This document shows, one piece after another, positions 28,645 through 38,471 of a stretch of 64,000 bases of DNA (the first letter of the stretch is position 1; each line of letters begins with the position of its first letter). The notes below the pieces were generated by a model that did not search any database, was not told where the DNA came from, and was given only the letters and a program-made list of their open reading frames with translations. A program made the translations under genes and the position numbers. The DNA is from Candidatus Nezhaarchaeota archaeon (GTDB lineage: Archaea; Thermoproteota; Methanomethylicia; Nezhaarchaeales; WYZ-LMO8): the NCBI GenBank assembly GCA_025059375.1, contig JANXDO010000001.1:224097-288096 (forward strand). Direction: 5' to 3'.

Positions 28645-29706
28645 TTGAAGGTTATTGAGTGGGATGAGAAGCATGGTAAGATGCTCTTGAGAGTAGAGTC
28701 TCAAGATGATCTTTGGTGTCTCTATAACATCTTAGAACCCGGCGACAGCATTATAGCCAAGACCTCAAGGGAGGTCAAGGTCAATGATAAGAGCTCTCGA
28801 GTGCCAATGACACTCAAGGTCAGAGTTGAGAAGGTGGAGTTCCAACCATTCACTGAGAGGCTTAGGATAAAAGGTGTAGTCGTTGAGGGACCTGATAGAT
28901 TTGGAGTTGTGGGTGCACACCATACCATAAGTGTCAGTGAGGGGTCAGAAATATTAGTGGAGAAGGAGAGGTGGTCGCGCCACAACTTAAAGAGGATTTT
29001 TAAGGCTTCTTCCCGAAGACCCGTGAACATCCTCCTCATAGGCATAGATTCGGATGAAGCTGCATTCGTAGCCCCTCATGACTACGGATTTGAACTACTT
29101 GCTGAGGTTTATATGAACCTACCTGGAAAGCACGATCCAGATAAGAGAGATGAAGCATTAAAAGAGAGGATCTCTGAATTAGCAGCAAAGACGAGAGAAC
29201 TTGTTGAAAGGCTTAACGCAAAGGCGATAGCTATTGTAGGTCCAGGCTTCATGAAGGAGTCTCTTGCAAAAGAGGTCTCCATGAGCGTGAAGGCTAAGGT
29301 CTACGTGGATTCAACTTCAAGCGGAGGTTATCAAGGAGTTAGAGAAGCGATCAGGAGAGGCGTCTTAAAGAGGATTTTAAGAGATCTCAATGTAGTTGAA
29401 GAGGCAGAACTGATGGACGAGTTTTTAACACACCTGTCAAAGAGTGACGGTAAAGCAGTCTATGGAGTCAATGACGTAAAGAGAGCAGCTGAATGTGGTG
29501 CAATAGAGAAGCTCCTTGTTCATGATGAGCTCATAAGGTCTCCAGACTTAAACTTAAGAAGAGAGATTGAGAGGCTCATTGACCTAGCAGAGAGGACTGG
29601 TGCTCAAGTTAAGATCTTCAGCAGCTTAGAGGAGCCTAGTCAACAGTTAAAGTCTATTGGAGGTTTAGCAGCGATTCTTCGGTTCAGTCTTTATATCGAA
29701 TCATAA
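28645..29706 (+). CDS. pelA: mRNA surveillance protein pelota
   Basis: DDLW.LYNI..PGD, RLRIKG, G.HHT, PGK, AVYG, GGLAAILRF. Confidence 0.92.
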   Translation: MKVIEWDEKHGKMLLRVESQDDLWCLYNILEPGDSIIAKTSREVKVNDKSSRVPMTLKVRVEKVEFQPFTERLRIKGVVVEGPDRFGVVGAHHTISVSEGSEILVEKERWSRHNLKRIFKASSRRPVNILLIGIDSDEAAFVAPHDYGFELLAEVYMNLPGKHDPDKRDEALKERISELAAKTRELVERLNAKAIAIVGPGFMKESLAKEVSMSVKAKVYVDSTSSGGYQGVREAIRRGVLKRILRDLNVVEEAELMDEFLTHLSKSDGKAVYGVNDVKRAAECGAIEKLLVHDELIRSPDLNLRREIERLIDLAERTGAQVKIFSSLEEPSQQLKSIGGLAAILRFSLYIES

Positions 29707-29750
29707 AGCGTATAGGTCAAAAACGCCTAAGTAACCACGGGTTGCTGAAG

Positions 29751-29873
29751 ATGTCGAAACCCAAAGCAAGGAGGAAGGTTAAGTTGAGCGTGGCGCAGAT
29801 AGTATCAATATTCTTGCTAGTCATGCTCGTAATCTCAACTATAGCCTTCCTAATTATTGTGCTCCTATCATGA
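29751..29873 (+). CDS. Small single-TM protein, 40 aa (MSKPKARRKVKLSVAQIVSIFLLVMLVISTIAFLIIVLLS)
   Basis: Read directly from DNA; basic N-terminus plus hydrophobic helix; fills the pelA-rps25e gap. Confidence 0.55.
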   Translation: MSKPKARRKVKLSVAQIVSIFLLVMLVISTIAFLIIVLLS

Positions 29874-29875
29874 CG

Positions 29876-29890
29876 CAAAAAGTTTATAGT
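29876..29890 (+). promoter_or_regulatory. Putative BRE/TATA promoter of rps25e
   Basis: CAAAAAGTTTATA about 55 nt upstream of ATG 29941. Confidence 0.45.
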
Positions 29891-29940
29891 GCCTTAAGGA
29901 GAAGAAATGTCAGTCATGAAATAGGAGAGGTGTAGGTGTA

Positions 29941-30288
29941 ATGGGAGGTAAAAAGAAGAAATCCATCTCCGCAATGGAGAAGCAGCAAAAACTACGTGAG
30001 GTAAAGGAGAAAAAGGTCAAGGAGGAAAAGGAAGAGAGAAGAGAAAAGAAGGAGAAGAAGATAGCTAGCCCCCTTCTACCTCTAGAGGTAGCTAAGCAGC
30101 TTGAGAAGGAACTTAGCAGCCTAACATGCATAACACCATACACGCTTGCTACTAAGTTCGGTCTCAAATTGGGAGTCGCGAAAAACGTGTTAAAGGAGCT
30201 TGAGCTAAAAGGGTTGCTTAGAAACGTGGCTAAGTGTTCAAGAATATCAATTTACACACCGATACGTTCTCCAAGTTCAACCTCTTAA
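29941..30288 (+). CDS. rps25e: 30S ribosomal protein S25e
   Basis: MGGKKKKSIS.MEK N-terminus; ITPY.LA.K.G.K...AK.VLKELE..G wHTH. Confidence 0.9.
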   Translation: MGGKKKKSISAMEKQQKLREVKEKKVKEEKEERREKKEKKIASPLLPLEVAKQLEKELSSLTCITPYTLATKFGLKLGVAKNVLKELELKGLLRNVAKCSRISIYTPIRSPSSTS

Positions 30289-30833
30289 ATGAAGTCCCTA
30301 AGCGAGGGACCTTTCATCCTAGGTATCTCCACTTTTAAATTTATAACGCCGCTAGGCGTTAAATCTATGACGTTCATATCCAGGAGTCTGTAGACCACTT
30401 TGTCGGGATCTTGTACCCCCTGTCTCTTTAAGTCAAGCTTAAACCTTATCTCTCCAACACTCCAGTACTCTGAAAGGTAAGTTAATGCTTTCTTAATGTC
30501 CTCATCAAGCTTCTCAAAATCTACATCGAGCTTTGGCTTCTCAGTCTCTTTCAACTCCTTCCTTAATTCGACCACCTGCATAGCTTGCGGTAATGCCAGG
30601 ACTTTTGGGACTTGCCACATCATGAGCTCAGGAAGCTCTTCGTATCCCTCTAATGCTACAACCTCGTTCTGATCAAGTAGATCTTTAATTAGGGCATAGA
30701 GGACGAATATTGAGCCTATTTCTGTCTCTTTAGCCCATTCAATTAACTCCTTAAAGGAGACCCTCCCTCCAACCTCCTTAATTCTATTCTTAACCATCTC
30801 CCTCAACGTTATGAAGTTGTCACTCACGTTCAT
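30285..30833 (-). CDS. Hypothetical protein, probable tandem winged-helix domains
   Basis: Co-oriented directly after the purP pair; two helical domains joined by a charged linker. Confidence 0.6.
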   Translation of the reverse strand: MNVSDNFITLREMVKNRIKEVGGRVSFKELIEWAKETEIGSIFVLYALIKDLLDQNEVVALEGYEELPELMMWQVPKVLALPQAMQVVELRKELKETEKPKLDVDFEKLDEDIKKALTYLSEYWSVGEIRFKLDLKRQGVQDPDKVVYRLLDMNVIDLTPSGVINLKVEIPRMKGPSLRDFI

Positions 30834-30839
30834 CGCCTA

Positions 30840-31877
30840 CTACGTCAATAATTTGTCAAGCTCTCCTCTCTCACTTGCCCTCTTTATCTCTCTAGCTATC
30901 CTCCTACCCATGCTCATGGGTTCGTCGTATAGGAACCAGGTGTATGGCGAGCCATTAACGTAAAGGTTCGTTCCAGCAACTATTCTAGCTGAAAATTCAA
31001 AGACGTAGAAGTTGCCATTACCATCGTAAGCCCCCTCAATACAGAATGGACCTATAAGCCCTGGTGGAACAAGTTTCTCAGAGGCTCTAACAAGCCCATC
31101 ACCTATCTCGTAAATCTCCTCTAATAATGACTCTCTAAGCACAATGGGGATATTGCCTACGACTAAGTAAGATAGCTCTGGACTTGATGCCAACTGTATG
31201 CTTGCTGGCAACCTACCTAGACCGTCAGCATTCGTCTCATATCTCCTATCAACACCAAATAGCTCAAGCTCTCTTGTTAGTGGTGAGTAGAAGAAGTGAG
31301 CATAGGCAGTTACGCCTACTATGTACTCTTGAATAAAGACATCCCCTTCATTGAGCTTCATAACCTTAATCTTAGCCCTAACATCGTCTGGTCCAGATGC
31401 TAAGAAGTAACCTCTCCCTCCCTTAGCTCCAGGTAACTTAACTATGACTGTCCTGTCAACTTCATCAATGCTCTTGTAAGCTCGGGGAGTTCTGGCCCCA
31501 GCCTCACGCAAGAGCTTCTCTTTAAGGTCTCTGTCTGCCTCCCACCTTAATATGTACTTATTACCAAAAATCGGCACCTCAAACCTCTGCTCTATGGTCT
31601 CAAGATCTACATACTCGATGAGCGAGCCATGGGGTATCAGTATTGCATTTAAACTTAAAAGCTTCTTCTGGACCTCCGTTGAAGTGACGTCGAAGAAGCT
31701 ATCAACTAAGATCATCTCATCAATTAGCTTGCTAAACCTACGGTACAGGTTAACCCTCCTCTTTAGACATACAAGTGCAGTTTTAAGGCCCTCATCCTTA
31801 GCCCCCTTAAGTATTTGAAGGGCTGAGTGAGAACCTAGCGTCACTATCGTTATCTTTGATGAGTTCATTGCTGTCAC
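30840..31877 (-). CDS. purP: FAICAR synthetase (formate-dependent, ATP-grasp)
   Basis: TLGSHSALQILKGAKDEG, IPHGS, GAKGGRGYF, DRRYE, FEFSARIVAGTN, MSMGRRIAREIK. Confidence 0.9.
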   Translation of the reverse strand: MTAMNSSKITIVTLGSHSALQILKGAKDEGLKTALVCLKRRVNLYRRFSKLIDEMILVDSFFDVTSTEVQKKLLSLNAILIPHGSLIEYVDLETIEQRFEVPIFGNKYILRWEADRDLKEKLLREAGARTPRAYKSIDEVDRTVIVKLPGAKGGRGYFLASGPDDVRAKIKVMKLNEGDVFIQEYIVGVTAYAHFFYSPLTRELELFGVDRRYETNADGLGRLPASIQLASSPELSYLVVGNIPIVLRESLLEEIYEIGDGLVRASEKLVPPGLIGPFCIEGAYDGNGNFYVFEFSARIVAGTNLYVNGSPYTWFLYDEPMSMGRRIAREIKRASERGELDKLLT

Positions 31878-31887
31878 CCCACATAGC

Positions 31888-33036
31888 CTAAGTTACTATG
31901 TCTATGACTCTATCGGTCTCAATGGCCCTCTTGATCTCCATTGCTATCCTTCTTCCAGTTCCAACGACGAATCCATGCTTAAACTTGCTGTAAGGCGACA
32001 TCGTAATGAGTACAGGGCTTCCTGGAACCCTGGGTGATACGTCAAAAATGACTATATCTAAATCAGCTGTTACAGCTCCTTGAAGGGCGAATGGCCCTAT
32101 GATGCCCGGTGGATACTCTATTTTAGTGACCTCCACAAACTTTAAGCCTATATCGAAGACCTTCTCTAGTAACGACTCCCTTATGGTTGCGGGCATGTGG
32201 CCGACCTCTATGTTCTGTAAAGGTACATCGACATCTAATTGCTGGCGAGCTGGTAAGTTTACGAAATCGTAAAGGTTCGTCTGCAACCTCCTATCGATTC
32301 CTAGGAACTCCAGCTCATTGTCTATTGGAGAGTAGAAATAATTAAAGTTAAAGTACGTGCCTAACACAAACTCTTCTATCACAGCGTCTTTCAAGGCCTC
32401 CTCGTTTATAATCCCCTTCTCCATCCTTTCTCTAGCTTTACGCCAGTAATCATCAGGACTTGAAGCGGTGAAGAATGCTCTCTCAGTTTTCCTCTTAGCT
32501 TCTTGAACCTTAACTATCACAAGTCTATCTATCTCGTCGGGTGATTTAAACTTCTTAGGCTGCCTAATGCCAGCCTTCTCAAGTAGGTAGTACTGGTTCT
32601 TGGGGGCCCACCTCTCCTCAGTCCTTAGCATAGCTCTATTGCCGAATAGCGGTACAAAGAACTTATCCTCTATGTCGTCGTAGGGGACGTAGGTTGTGAA
32701 GGCCCTATGGGGCACGAAAATGGTGTTAAGCCTCCTCAACTTCTCTTGAACCTCCTCATCGACTATGTCTGAGAATCTATCAAGGACTATCACCTCGTCA
32801 CACAGCCTCTTGTACATGAAGTAGGGCCTTTCCCTCCCCCTTTGACATACGACAACGGTTTTAAGACCCTCGTCCTTAGCCCCGTCCATGACGTCGAGAG
32901 CTGAATGGCTCCCTAGAACGCCTATGTGAATGTTCCGTCGATCGTAATTCTTCACTACTTTAATTAACTCATTTCTCGTTATCAAGTCGAGCCCACCAGT
33001 CAAACACTGATAACCACCATTGATAAACTTTAACAC
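31888..33036 (-). CDS. purP: PurP-family paralogue (start probably about 32985)
   Basis: GSHSALD..DGAKDEG, ERAFF, DRRLQTN, RESLLEK, DVSPRVPGSP. Confidence 0.8.
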   Translation of the reverse strand: MLKFINGGYQCLTGGLDLITRNELIKVVKNYDRRNIHIGVLGSHSALDVMDGAKDEGLKTVVVCQRGRERPYFMYKRLCDEVIVLDRFSDIVDEEVQEKLRRLNTIFVPHRAFTTYVPYDDIEDKFFVPLFGNRAMLRTEERWAPKNQYYLLEKAGIRQPKKFKSPDEIDRLVIVKVQEAKRKTERAFFTASSPDDYWRKARERMEKGIINEEALKDAVIEEFVLGTYFNFNYFYSPIDNELEFLGIDRRLQTNLYDFVNLPARQQLDVDVPLQNIEVGHMPATIRESLLEKVFDIGLKFVEVTKIEYPPGIIGPFALQGAVTADLDIVIFDVSPRVPGSPVLITMSPYSKFKHGFVVGTGRRIAMEIKRAIETDRVIDIVT

Positions 33037-33135
33037 TTAAACGTAGCGGCCAGCGTTGAGCTAGAATCCTTAACACGTTGATAGGTCAAAATCATTATTA
33101 AGATGAGACTGTTACGTTATTATCGTGAGCGCAAC

Positions 33136-33735
33136 ATGCTGGAAACGCTCTACTCCTACTTCATGGCCTTTATGATGCTGTTCGTAATATTTGATGCGGT
33201 AGGCAACGTCCCCATATTCTACACGCTAACTGAGGGGCTTGAACGGGATGAGAGGAAGAGGACTATTCAAAACTCGGTTATAGTAGCTGGGATCATGCTC
33301 TTCGTGTTCGCTTTTGGAGGTAAGCAGATCTTAAACTTCTTCAACATAAGCTTAGACGACTTCAGAATTGCTGGGGGCGTAATACTGCTCATAATATCGA
33401 TTGAAGGTCTACTAGGAAGGGTTGAGGCGATGAAGATTAAGGCTGAGCAATTAGCGGTCGTTCCATTAGCTACACCATTACTCGCTGGTCCAGGTAGCAT
33501 ATCAATCGTGATATACCTAATGGAAGCTGGTTATGGTGTTGGGCCGACTATAACGTCGATAGTTGCCAATGTGATCGTAGCTTGGGCCATACTAGTTAAC
33601 TGTGACAAAGTCTTTAAGATTCTAGGTAGGAATGGCTCGCTAATAATCTCTAGGATTATGTCATTCATATTAGCTGCCTTAGCCATAGCTATGATCAGAG
33701 AAGGCATAATTGGCGTCATGAATCTACTGCATTAG
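33136..33735 (+). CDS. MarC family membrane protein
   Basis: D.VGNVP.F, FRIAGG, VVPLATPLLAGPGSI; about 6 TM. Confidence 0.9.
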   Translation: MLETLYSYFMAFMMLFVIFDAVGNVPIFYTLTEGLERDERKRTIQNSVIVAGIMLFVFAFGGKQILNFFNISLDDFRIAGGVILLIISIEGLLGRVEAMKIKAEQLAVVPLATPLLAGPGSISIVIYLMEAGYGVGPTITSIVANVIVAWAILVNCDKVFKILGRNGSLIISRIMSFILAALAIAMIREGIIGVMNLLH

Positions 33736-34817
33736 CTAACGCCAATGAGCTCGTAGCTTCGAGAGCCCAAACCAAGTTTCTCCGCCGCTTCAAGTTGCTT
33801 CTCTCCATTGACATTATTAGCTTCAAGAAATGGGTCTCTACCTCCAGCGGCTTTTTTGATGAGATCAAGCGAGGCTTGATCTATAGCTACAGGATCGAAA
33901 CTTGAGAGTAACCCTATGTCGCCTACGATAGGCTCCATGAGGCAACCCCAGCAATCACACCTTCTGGTTACATTCACTATAGCATTAAGGTACATGGGCC
34001 TAAAGCCTATAGCCTTAAGTACCGCAAGAGCAGCATCGGCCACCCTTACTTGGAGACTCTCAGATCCACCCTCAGGTATCTTGAGGGCATTATATCGACA
34101 TAAGAAATAGCACTCTAAACAACCTACACAATTATCATAATTCACCCTCACCTTGCCACCCTCAACCACCATAGCTCCATGAGGGCAGCGCCGAGCACAT
34201 CGAGCACACCCGGTGCATGCCTCATCAACGACTATGGGCATATGAGCTCTGTGCTGAACTGTCTTCCCCCTTTTAGTCGTGCAGCCCATGGCTAAGTTCT
34301 TTAATGCTCCTCCAAATCCTGATAGCAAATGCCCCTTGAAGTGGGAGACAACGATCATTGAGTCGAGGTCTTTAAGTATCCTAGCAACTTCAACTTCCTT
34401 AAGTTCAATGCCATTAATCTCGACGACAAAGCCATCATCGCCCTTAAGCCCATCACCCATTACGACTGGAGCGCCAAGTGTGGCTTGGTTAAATCCCTTT
34501 TTTGCAGCTAAATTTAAGTAGCTAACACCATTCCTCCTAGCACCACTGTAGAGTGTTGTTGTATCAAAGACGACAGGCTCACAGCCACACCTCCTCACAA
34601 AATCTACAACGCATCTAACAAACTCGGGTCTAAGATGAGTAACGTTACCTTCCTCCCCCATGTGCACCTTAATTCCCACAACCCCATTGAGGGGCTGCTC
34701 ATTAACTAAACTCTTTAGCAGCTTATCGATGCCATCATCTATCCTAGGAAAGACCTTCCCCCTAAGATCATAGAAGTAAACCTTAGACTTACTTTTCACA
34801 CCCTTAACACCGAACAA
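33732..34817 (-). CDS. DUF362 family Fe-S protein with 2x[4Fe-4S] ferredoxin insert
   Basis: IKVHMGE.GN, TTLY.G.R, SHFKGH..GFGGALKN.AMGC, two CxxCxxCxxxC, CDC, DPVAIDQA. Confidence 0.85.
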   Translation of the reverse strand: MFGVKGVKSKSKVYFYDLRGKVFPRIDDGIDKLLKSLVNEQPLNGVVGIKVHMGEEGNVTHLRPEFVRCVVDFVRRCGCEPVVFDTTTLYSGARRNGVSYLNLAAKKGFNQATLGAPVVMGDGLKGDDGFVVEINGIELKEVEVARILKDLDSMIVVSHFKGHLLSGFGGALKNLAMGCTTKRGKTVQHRAHMPIVVDEACTGCARCARRCPHGAMVVEGGKVRVNYDNCVGCLECYFLCRYNALKIPEGGSESLQVRVADAALAVLKAIGFRPMYLNAIVNVTRRCDCWGCLMEPIVGDIGLLSSFDPVAIDQASLDLIKKAAGGRDPFLEANNVNGEKQLEAAEKLGLGSRSYELIGVS

Positions 34818-34847
34818 AAGGTTATATTCACTGCCTTAAAGTCTTTA

Positions 34848-35174
34848 GTGGGACTCTGCATGTCTGTTGAGGATCTACCTAGACTTCTTCATTTAAGGTT
34901 AGATAGGCGCTTCCTAATAGGCAATATAGGCTTAAGCTATGAGGAGGAGATCAAGGAGAAGGGGGTAAAGGATTACGACAAGGTCCTGCTTAAAATAGAG
35001 AAGCTAGACTCATCTAAGGCTCTTGAAATACCAGCCTACTTCCACTGGATTTACACCATGGCTGGCAAAAAGCCTCAATTCATAGTAATGGCCGAGGGGC
35101 ATGACATCCTCCTAAGAGAAGGTTTCAGGGACATGGAACCGATAAAGCTAACCATAATTAAGGTTTTAAAGTAG
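34848..35174 (+). CDS. Hypothetical protein
   Basis: Host-like codon usage; fills the gap between opposite-strand genes. Confidence 0.55.
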   Translation: MGLCMSVEDLPRLLHLRLDRRFLIGNIGLSYEEEIKEKGVKDYDKVLLKIEKLDSSKALEIPAYFHWIYTMAGKKPQFIVMAEGHDILLREGFRDMEPIKLTIIKVLK

Positions 35175-35670
35175 CATCACTCTCGCCAATCACGTACAGG
35201 TACAGTTTATGTGGTTGACCAAAGAAATCAGCTAACCCCTCAACTTTAACCGGCCTCCACCCTGGAACTTCAAATTGATGAGATACTACCCTAACCCCCT
35301 TCTTAAGCTCCCTCTCTAACTTTGGCTTTAATTGAGCGTTAAGCTCCGTGGTCAAGTACAGGTAGACTATAGTAGCACAACTTACATCAAATTGGAACAA
35401 GTCTCCATGATGTATCTCTATTAGATCCTGCAAACCTTCCCTAGAGACCCTCCTCCTAGCTTGCTCGACAAGGTCTTTCTTTATCTCTACACCAACACAC
35501 TTTAAACCAATCTTCTTAGCTGCAATGACTAAGACCCTGCCATCACCACAACCTAAATCGTATAACACGTCATCTTTCCTCGCTTTAGCAAGCTCAAGCA
35601 TCTTCAATACTACTTCTTCAGGCGTCGGGAAGAACAATGTAGTCTTCACGGCCATAACCCTTGACACCAA
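35158..35670 (-). CDS. Class I SAM methyltransferase, archaeal protein-lysine methyltransferase (aKMT/FAM173-like)
   Basis: PTPEEVV..ML, YDLGCGDGR, LKPKLERELK.G.RVVSH.F...GW, LYLYVIGE. Confidence 0.8.
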   Translation of the reverse strand: MVSRVMAVKTTLFFPTPEEVVLKMLELAKARKDDVLYDLGCGDGRVLVIAAKKIGLKCVGVEIKKDLVEQARRRVSREGLQDLIEIHHGDLFQFDVSCATIVYLYLTTELNAQLKPKLERELKKGVRVVSHQFEVPGWRPVKVEGLADFFGQPHKLYLYVIGESDATLKP

Positions 35671-36028
35671 ATGACAAATGAGATAGAGATCGCTTTTAAG
35701 CTTTGATTAAGTGCTAAACCGCTGTCTACGACTTGCATGAACTATGACTATGGTAGAGTACAAGAGCGAGAGCGTAGCGTTAAGCTTCATGCGATGGCCC
35801 ATCATCAATGCAGAGTACATTAAGGAGACTTCATAAGGCTAGTCAGTCAAGGTGAAAAGACCATCCTGTACGGCCAAGTTCCAGGTCCATTAATGCTCAG
35901 CATCACTACCATAAAGCTACTCATCAACAAGCTTAAGTAGCCGTCAAGGTTCAGGAAGGGCTTATATTTAGGACTAAACCCCAAAAATTTGGTTTAAGGG
36001 TCCAAGCTCACGTCATAATGTATGATGG

Positions 36029-36694
36029 TTGAGCAAAATGATAATAGCTGATCTCCATGTCCACAGTCACAATTCAATAGACTCCTTTCTTGACCCTCAA
36101 CGGATCATCGAGGTAGCATTGAAGAGGGGGCTTAACTGTGTTGCAGTCACGGACCACAATACTGTGAGAGGGGGGCTTGAGCTGGTCCGTGAAGCTAAGA
36201 GTTATCAAGGGTTCATAGCGATACCAGGGGTTGAGCTTAAGACAAACATAGGTGATGTGATACTTCTCTTCATAGAGGAGGAGGTCAAAATTAAATCGTA
36301 TAACGAAGTTCTAGACTACGCTGAGAGCATGGACGCTCTAACGGTACTAGCTCACCCTTATCGAGGACACGTTATGATTGATGATGTGGCCAAGAAGGTC
36401 CATGCCATAGAGGTCCTCAATTCTAGGAGCGATAAGATTGCAAACTCGAAAGCTTACAACCTAGCTTTGAAGCTTGGTAAGCCTATGATCGCGGGGAGCG
36501 ACGCTCACATGGCGTTCGAAATAGGTAAGGCAGTGACGATAGTTAACGGCTCGACGATAGAGGATGTTAGAAAAGCGATCATTAAAGGTTCAGCTCAAAT
36601 AGCTGGGTCAGAATCAAACTTAATGGTTCACGCCTTTAGCTTAGCAGCTAAGCTTGCCAAGATTATAATGGGAAAGCATAAATGGGATTGGTGA
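36029..36694 (+). CDS. PHP domain metal-dependent phosphoesterase
   Basis: DLHVHS, VTDHN, GVE, AHPY, GSDAH. Confidence 0.9.
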   Translation: MSKMIIADLHVHSHNSIDSFLDPQRIIEVALKRGLNCVAVTDHNTVRGGLELVREAKSYQGFIAIPGVELKTNIGDVILLFIEEEVKIKSYNEVLDYAESMDALTVLAHPYRGHVMIDDVAKKVHAIEVLNSRSDKIANSKAYNLALKLGKPMIAGSDAHMAFEIGKAVTIVNGSTIEDVRKAIIKGSAQIAGSESNLMVHAFSLAAKLAKIIMGKHKWDW

Positions 36695-37369
36695 TTAAAC
36701 CTCGACCTCTCCTCCCGGCTTCAACACAATCACCTTGACGTCGGGGGCCAATCTTTTAACTTCATTCACAAAGTCATCAGCACTCTTAACCAAAACTGGG
36801 AACGTGGCGTAGTGCATCGGTATGGCCACCTTGGGCCTTAACACCCTTAAAGCGAGCGCAGCCTCTCTTGGTCCCATAGTGTAATGCCCACCTATCGGTA
36901 TTAACACCACCTCGGGATTAAATGCCTCCTTAATAGCTTGAAACTCAATCGTGTAGCCGGTGTCCCCCATGTGGTAAATCCTAAAGCCATCGATATCCAC
37001 TATTACACCAACAGGCTTACCAATAGTACAAGTATGAGCTGCAGGAACTAGAGCAACCTTAAAGACTCCATTCACATCAACTAGGGAGCCAATGTTAAGA
37101 GCCAGCCCACTTAATCCCTCCCCTTCAAGCTTCCAAATAAGCTCTGGTACCCCTATGATCCTCGACTTATACTTCCTCGCTATCTCAGCAGCATCACCGT
37201 AGTGATCGAAATGGTCGTGAGTTATGACTATAAAGTCAATGTGTTCAAGATCGGTGATACGTATTGGACATGCAGGGTTATTAGAGATCCATGGATCTAT
37301 GAGCAGCCGCTTCCCCTTAAACGTCAACATGAACGTTGCATGACCAAGCCACCTTATCTTGACAGGCAT
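36695..37369 (-). CDS. Metallo-beta-lactamase-fold hydrolase (UPF0173-like)
   Basis: WLGHA, IDPW, THDHFDH, YHMGDT, PIGGHYTM, IPMHY.TF. Confidence 0.9.
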   Translation of the reverse strand: MPVKIRWLGHATFMLTFKGKRLLIDPWISNNPACPIRITDLEHIDFIVITHDHFDHYGDAAEIARKYKSRIIGVPELIWKLEGEGLSGLALNIGSLVDVNGVFKVALVPAAHTCTIGKPVGVIVDIDGFRIYHMGDTGYTIEFQAIKEAFNPEVVLIPIGGHYTMGPREAALALRVLRPKVAIPMHYATFPVLVKSADDFVNEVKRLAPDVKVIVLKPGGEVEV

Positions 37370-37393
37370 GGCTACTCACAATAAATATGCCGC

Positions 37394-38005
37394 TCATTCT
37401 TTATGATAAATCTTGCCACTCATTAGGAAGCCCAGCCCAGCTAATAAGTTCCCAATAAGGTTCATGACCGTCAACGATATGATTGAGAAGTTGATAATCA
37501 TAAGCGAGATGCTCACTTCATGTATGTTGATCGGCTCCTCACCTGCTAGTGCAAGGACTGTGACTATTAAGAACAACATGATCATGGCGAGCGCGAGAGA
37601 AGCTCCTGCACCCTTTAAGATCGCAACTTTACACCGTCTCCCCAAATTAATGAGTAAGGCTGCTAGAGTGCCATAAGTAACGACCACTATTGGAAAGACT
37701 ATAGCGATTAGTAACAATGCCTCATGAGTAGACTTCTCGATTGCCGGTCCGTAGAGACTCATGGAGGTCAATTGCAAGATCATAGCGCTTAACGCGAAAC
37801 CTTGGATCATTAATAGCACACCAACAACTCTTCCAAGTTGAAGCTTCGACATGAACCAGCCAATACCGACAATGAAAGACCCAATGCATACAGCTACTAA
37901 GTGAGGTGCAGCCATTACTAAGTGACCAAGGCAAACTGCTCGCCTAGACTTAACGTCAAACAGGGAGCCAAGCTCTTCTCGAGCTTCCAAACTCATCAAC
38001 AACAT
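37394..38005 (-). CDS. Hypothetical multi-pass membrane protein
   Basis: About 5 hydrophobic helices. Confidence 0.6.
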   Translation of the reverse strand: MLLMSLEAREELGSLFDVKSRRAVCLGHLVMAAPHLVAVCIGSFIVGIGWFMSKLQLGRVVGVLLMIQGFALSAMILQLTSMSLYGPAIEKSTHEALLLIAIVFPIVVVTYGTLAALLINLGRRCKVAILKGAGASLALAMIMLFLIVTVLALAGEEPINIHEVSISLMIINFSIISLTVMNLIGNLLAGLGFLMSGKIYHKE

Positions 38006-38471
38006 CTCACTTAGCTATTAGTGCTCGAAAGCAACATGAATATTGTCCAACCCCCCTCACTTAAACCCTCTAACAAGTCGAACCTCTCCACGGTCTTGAA
38101 GGCCCTCTACGAAGACATCTACAACCCCTTTGCAGAGAGTACCCCACCATCCTCAGAAGTTTAACCGTTCACGTGTATAAGCATCCATGATGGTGACAGT
38201 GGGCTAAAAATCAAGAGGCACACTCAGTTAATCCCTCATCTTCATATCCTCCCAGGCCTTATCACATCACTAATATGAACAATAACGTCACGCTCACGCT
38301 CCTTACCGTTAATGATTGTTAAGCCATCAATTTCAATCATGTGAAATTTGTAAGAAGCTTGTTAAGGGTGTAAGCAGATTAGTGGTATGGGCTTGAGGAT
38401 GCTAGCACCTTAACTACCATCAACATCCACGTTTGCAATAACCTAGACCAATGTAAATAAGGGGGTGGGCT

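Noticed and set aside
35700-36000. Short ORF fragments in gaps (also 38040-38400, 43450-43830, 59890-60400)
   Set aside because: Could be decayed genes, but no recognisable homology; cannot support a pseudogene call without a search
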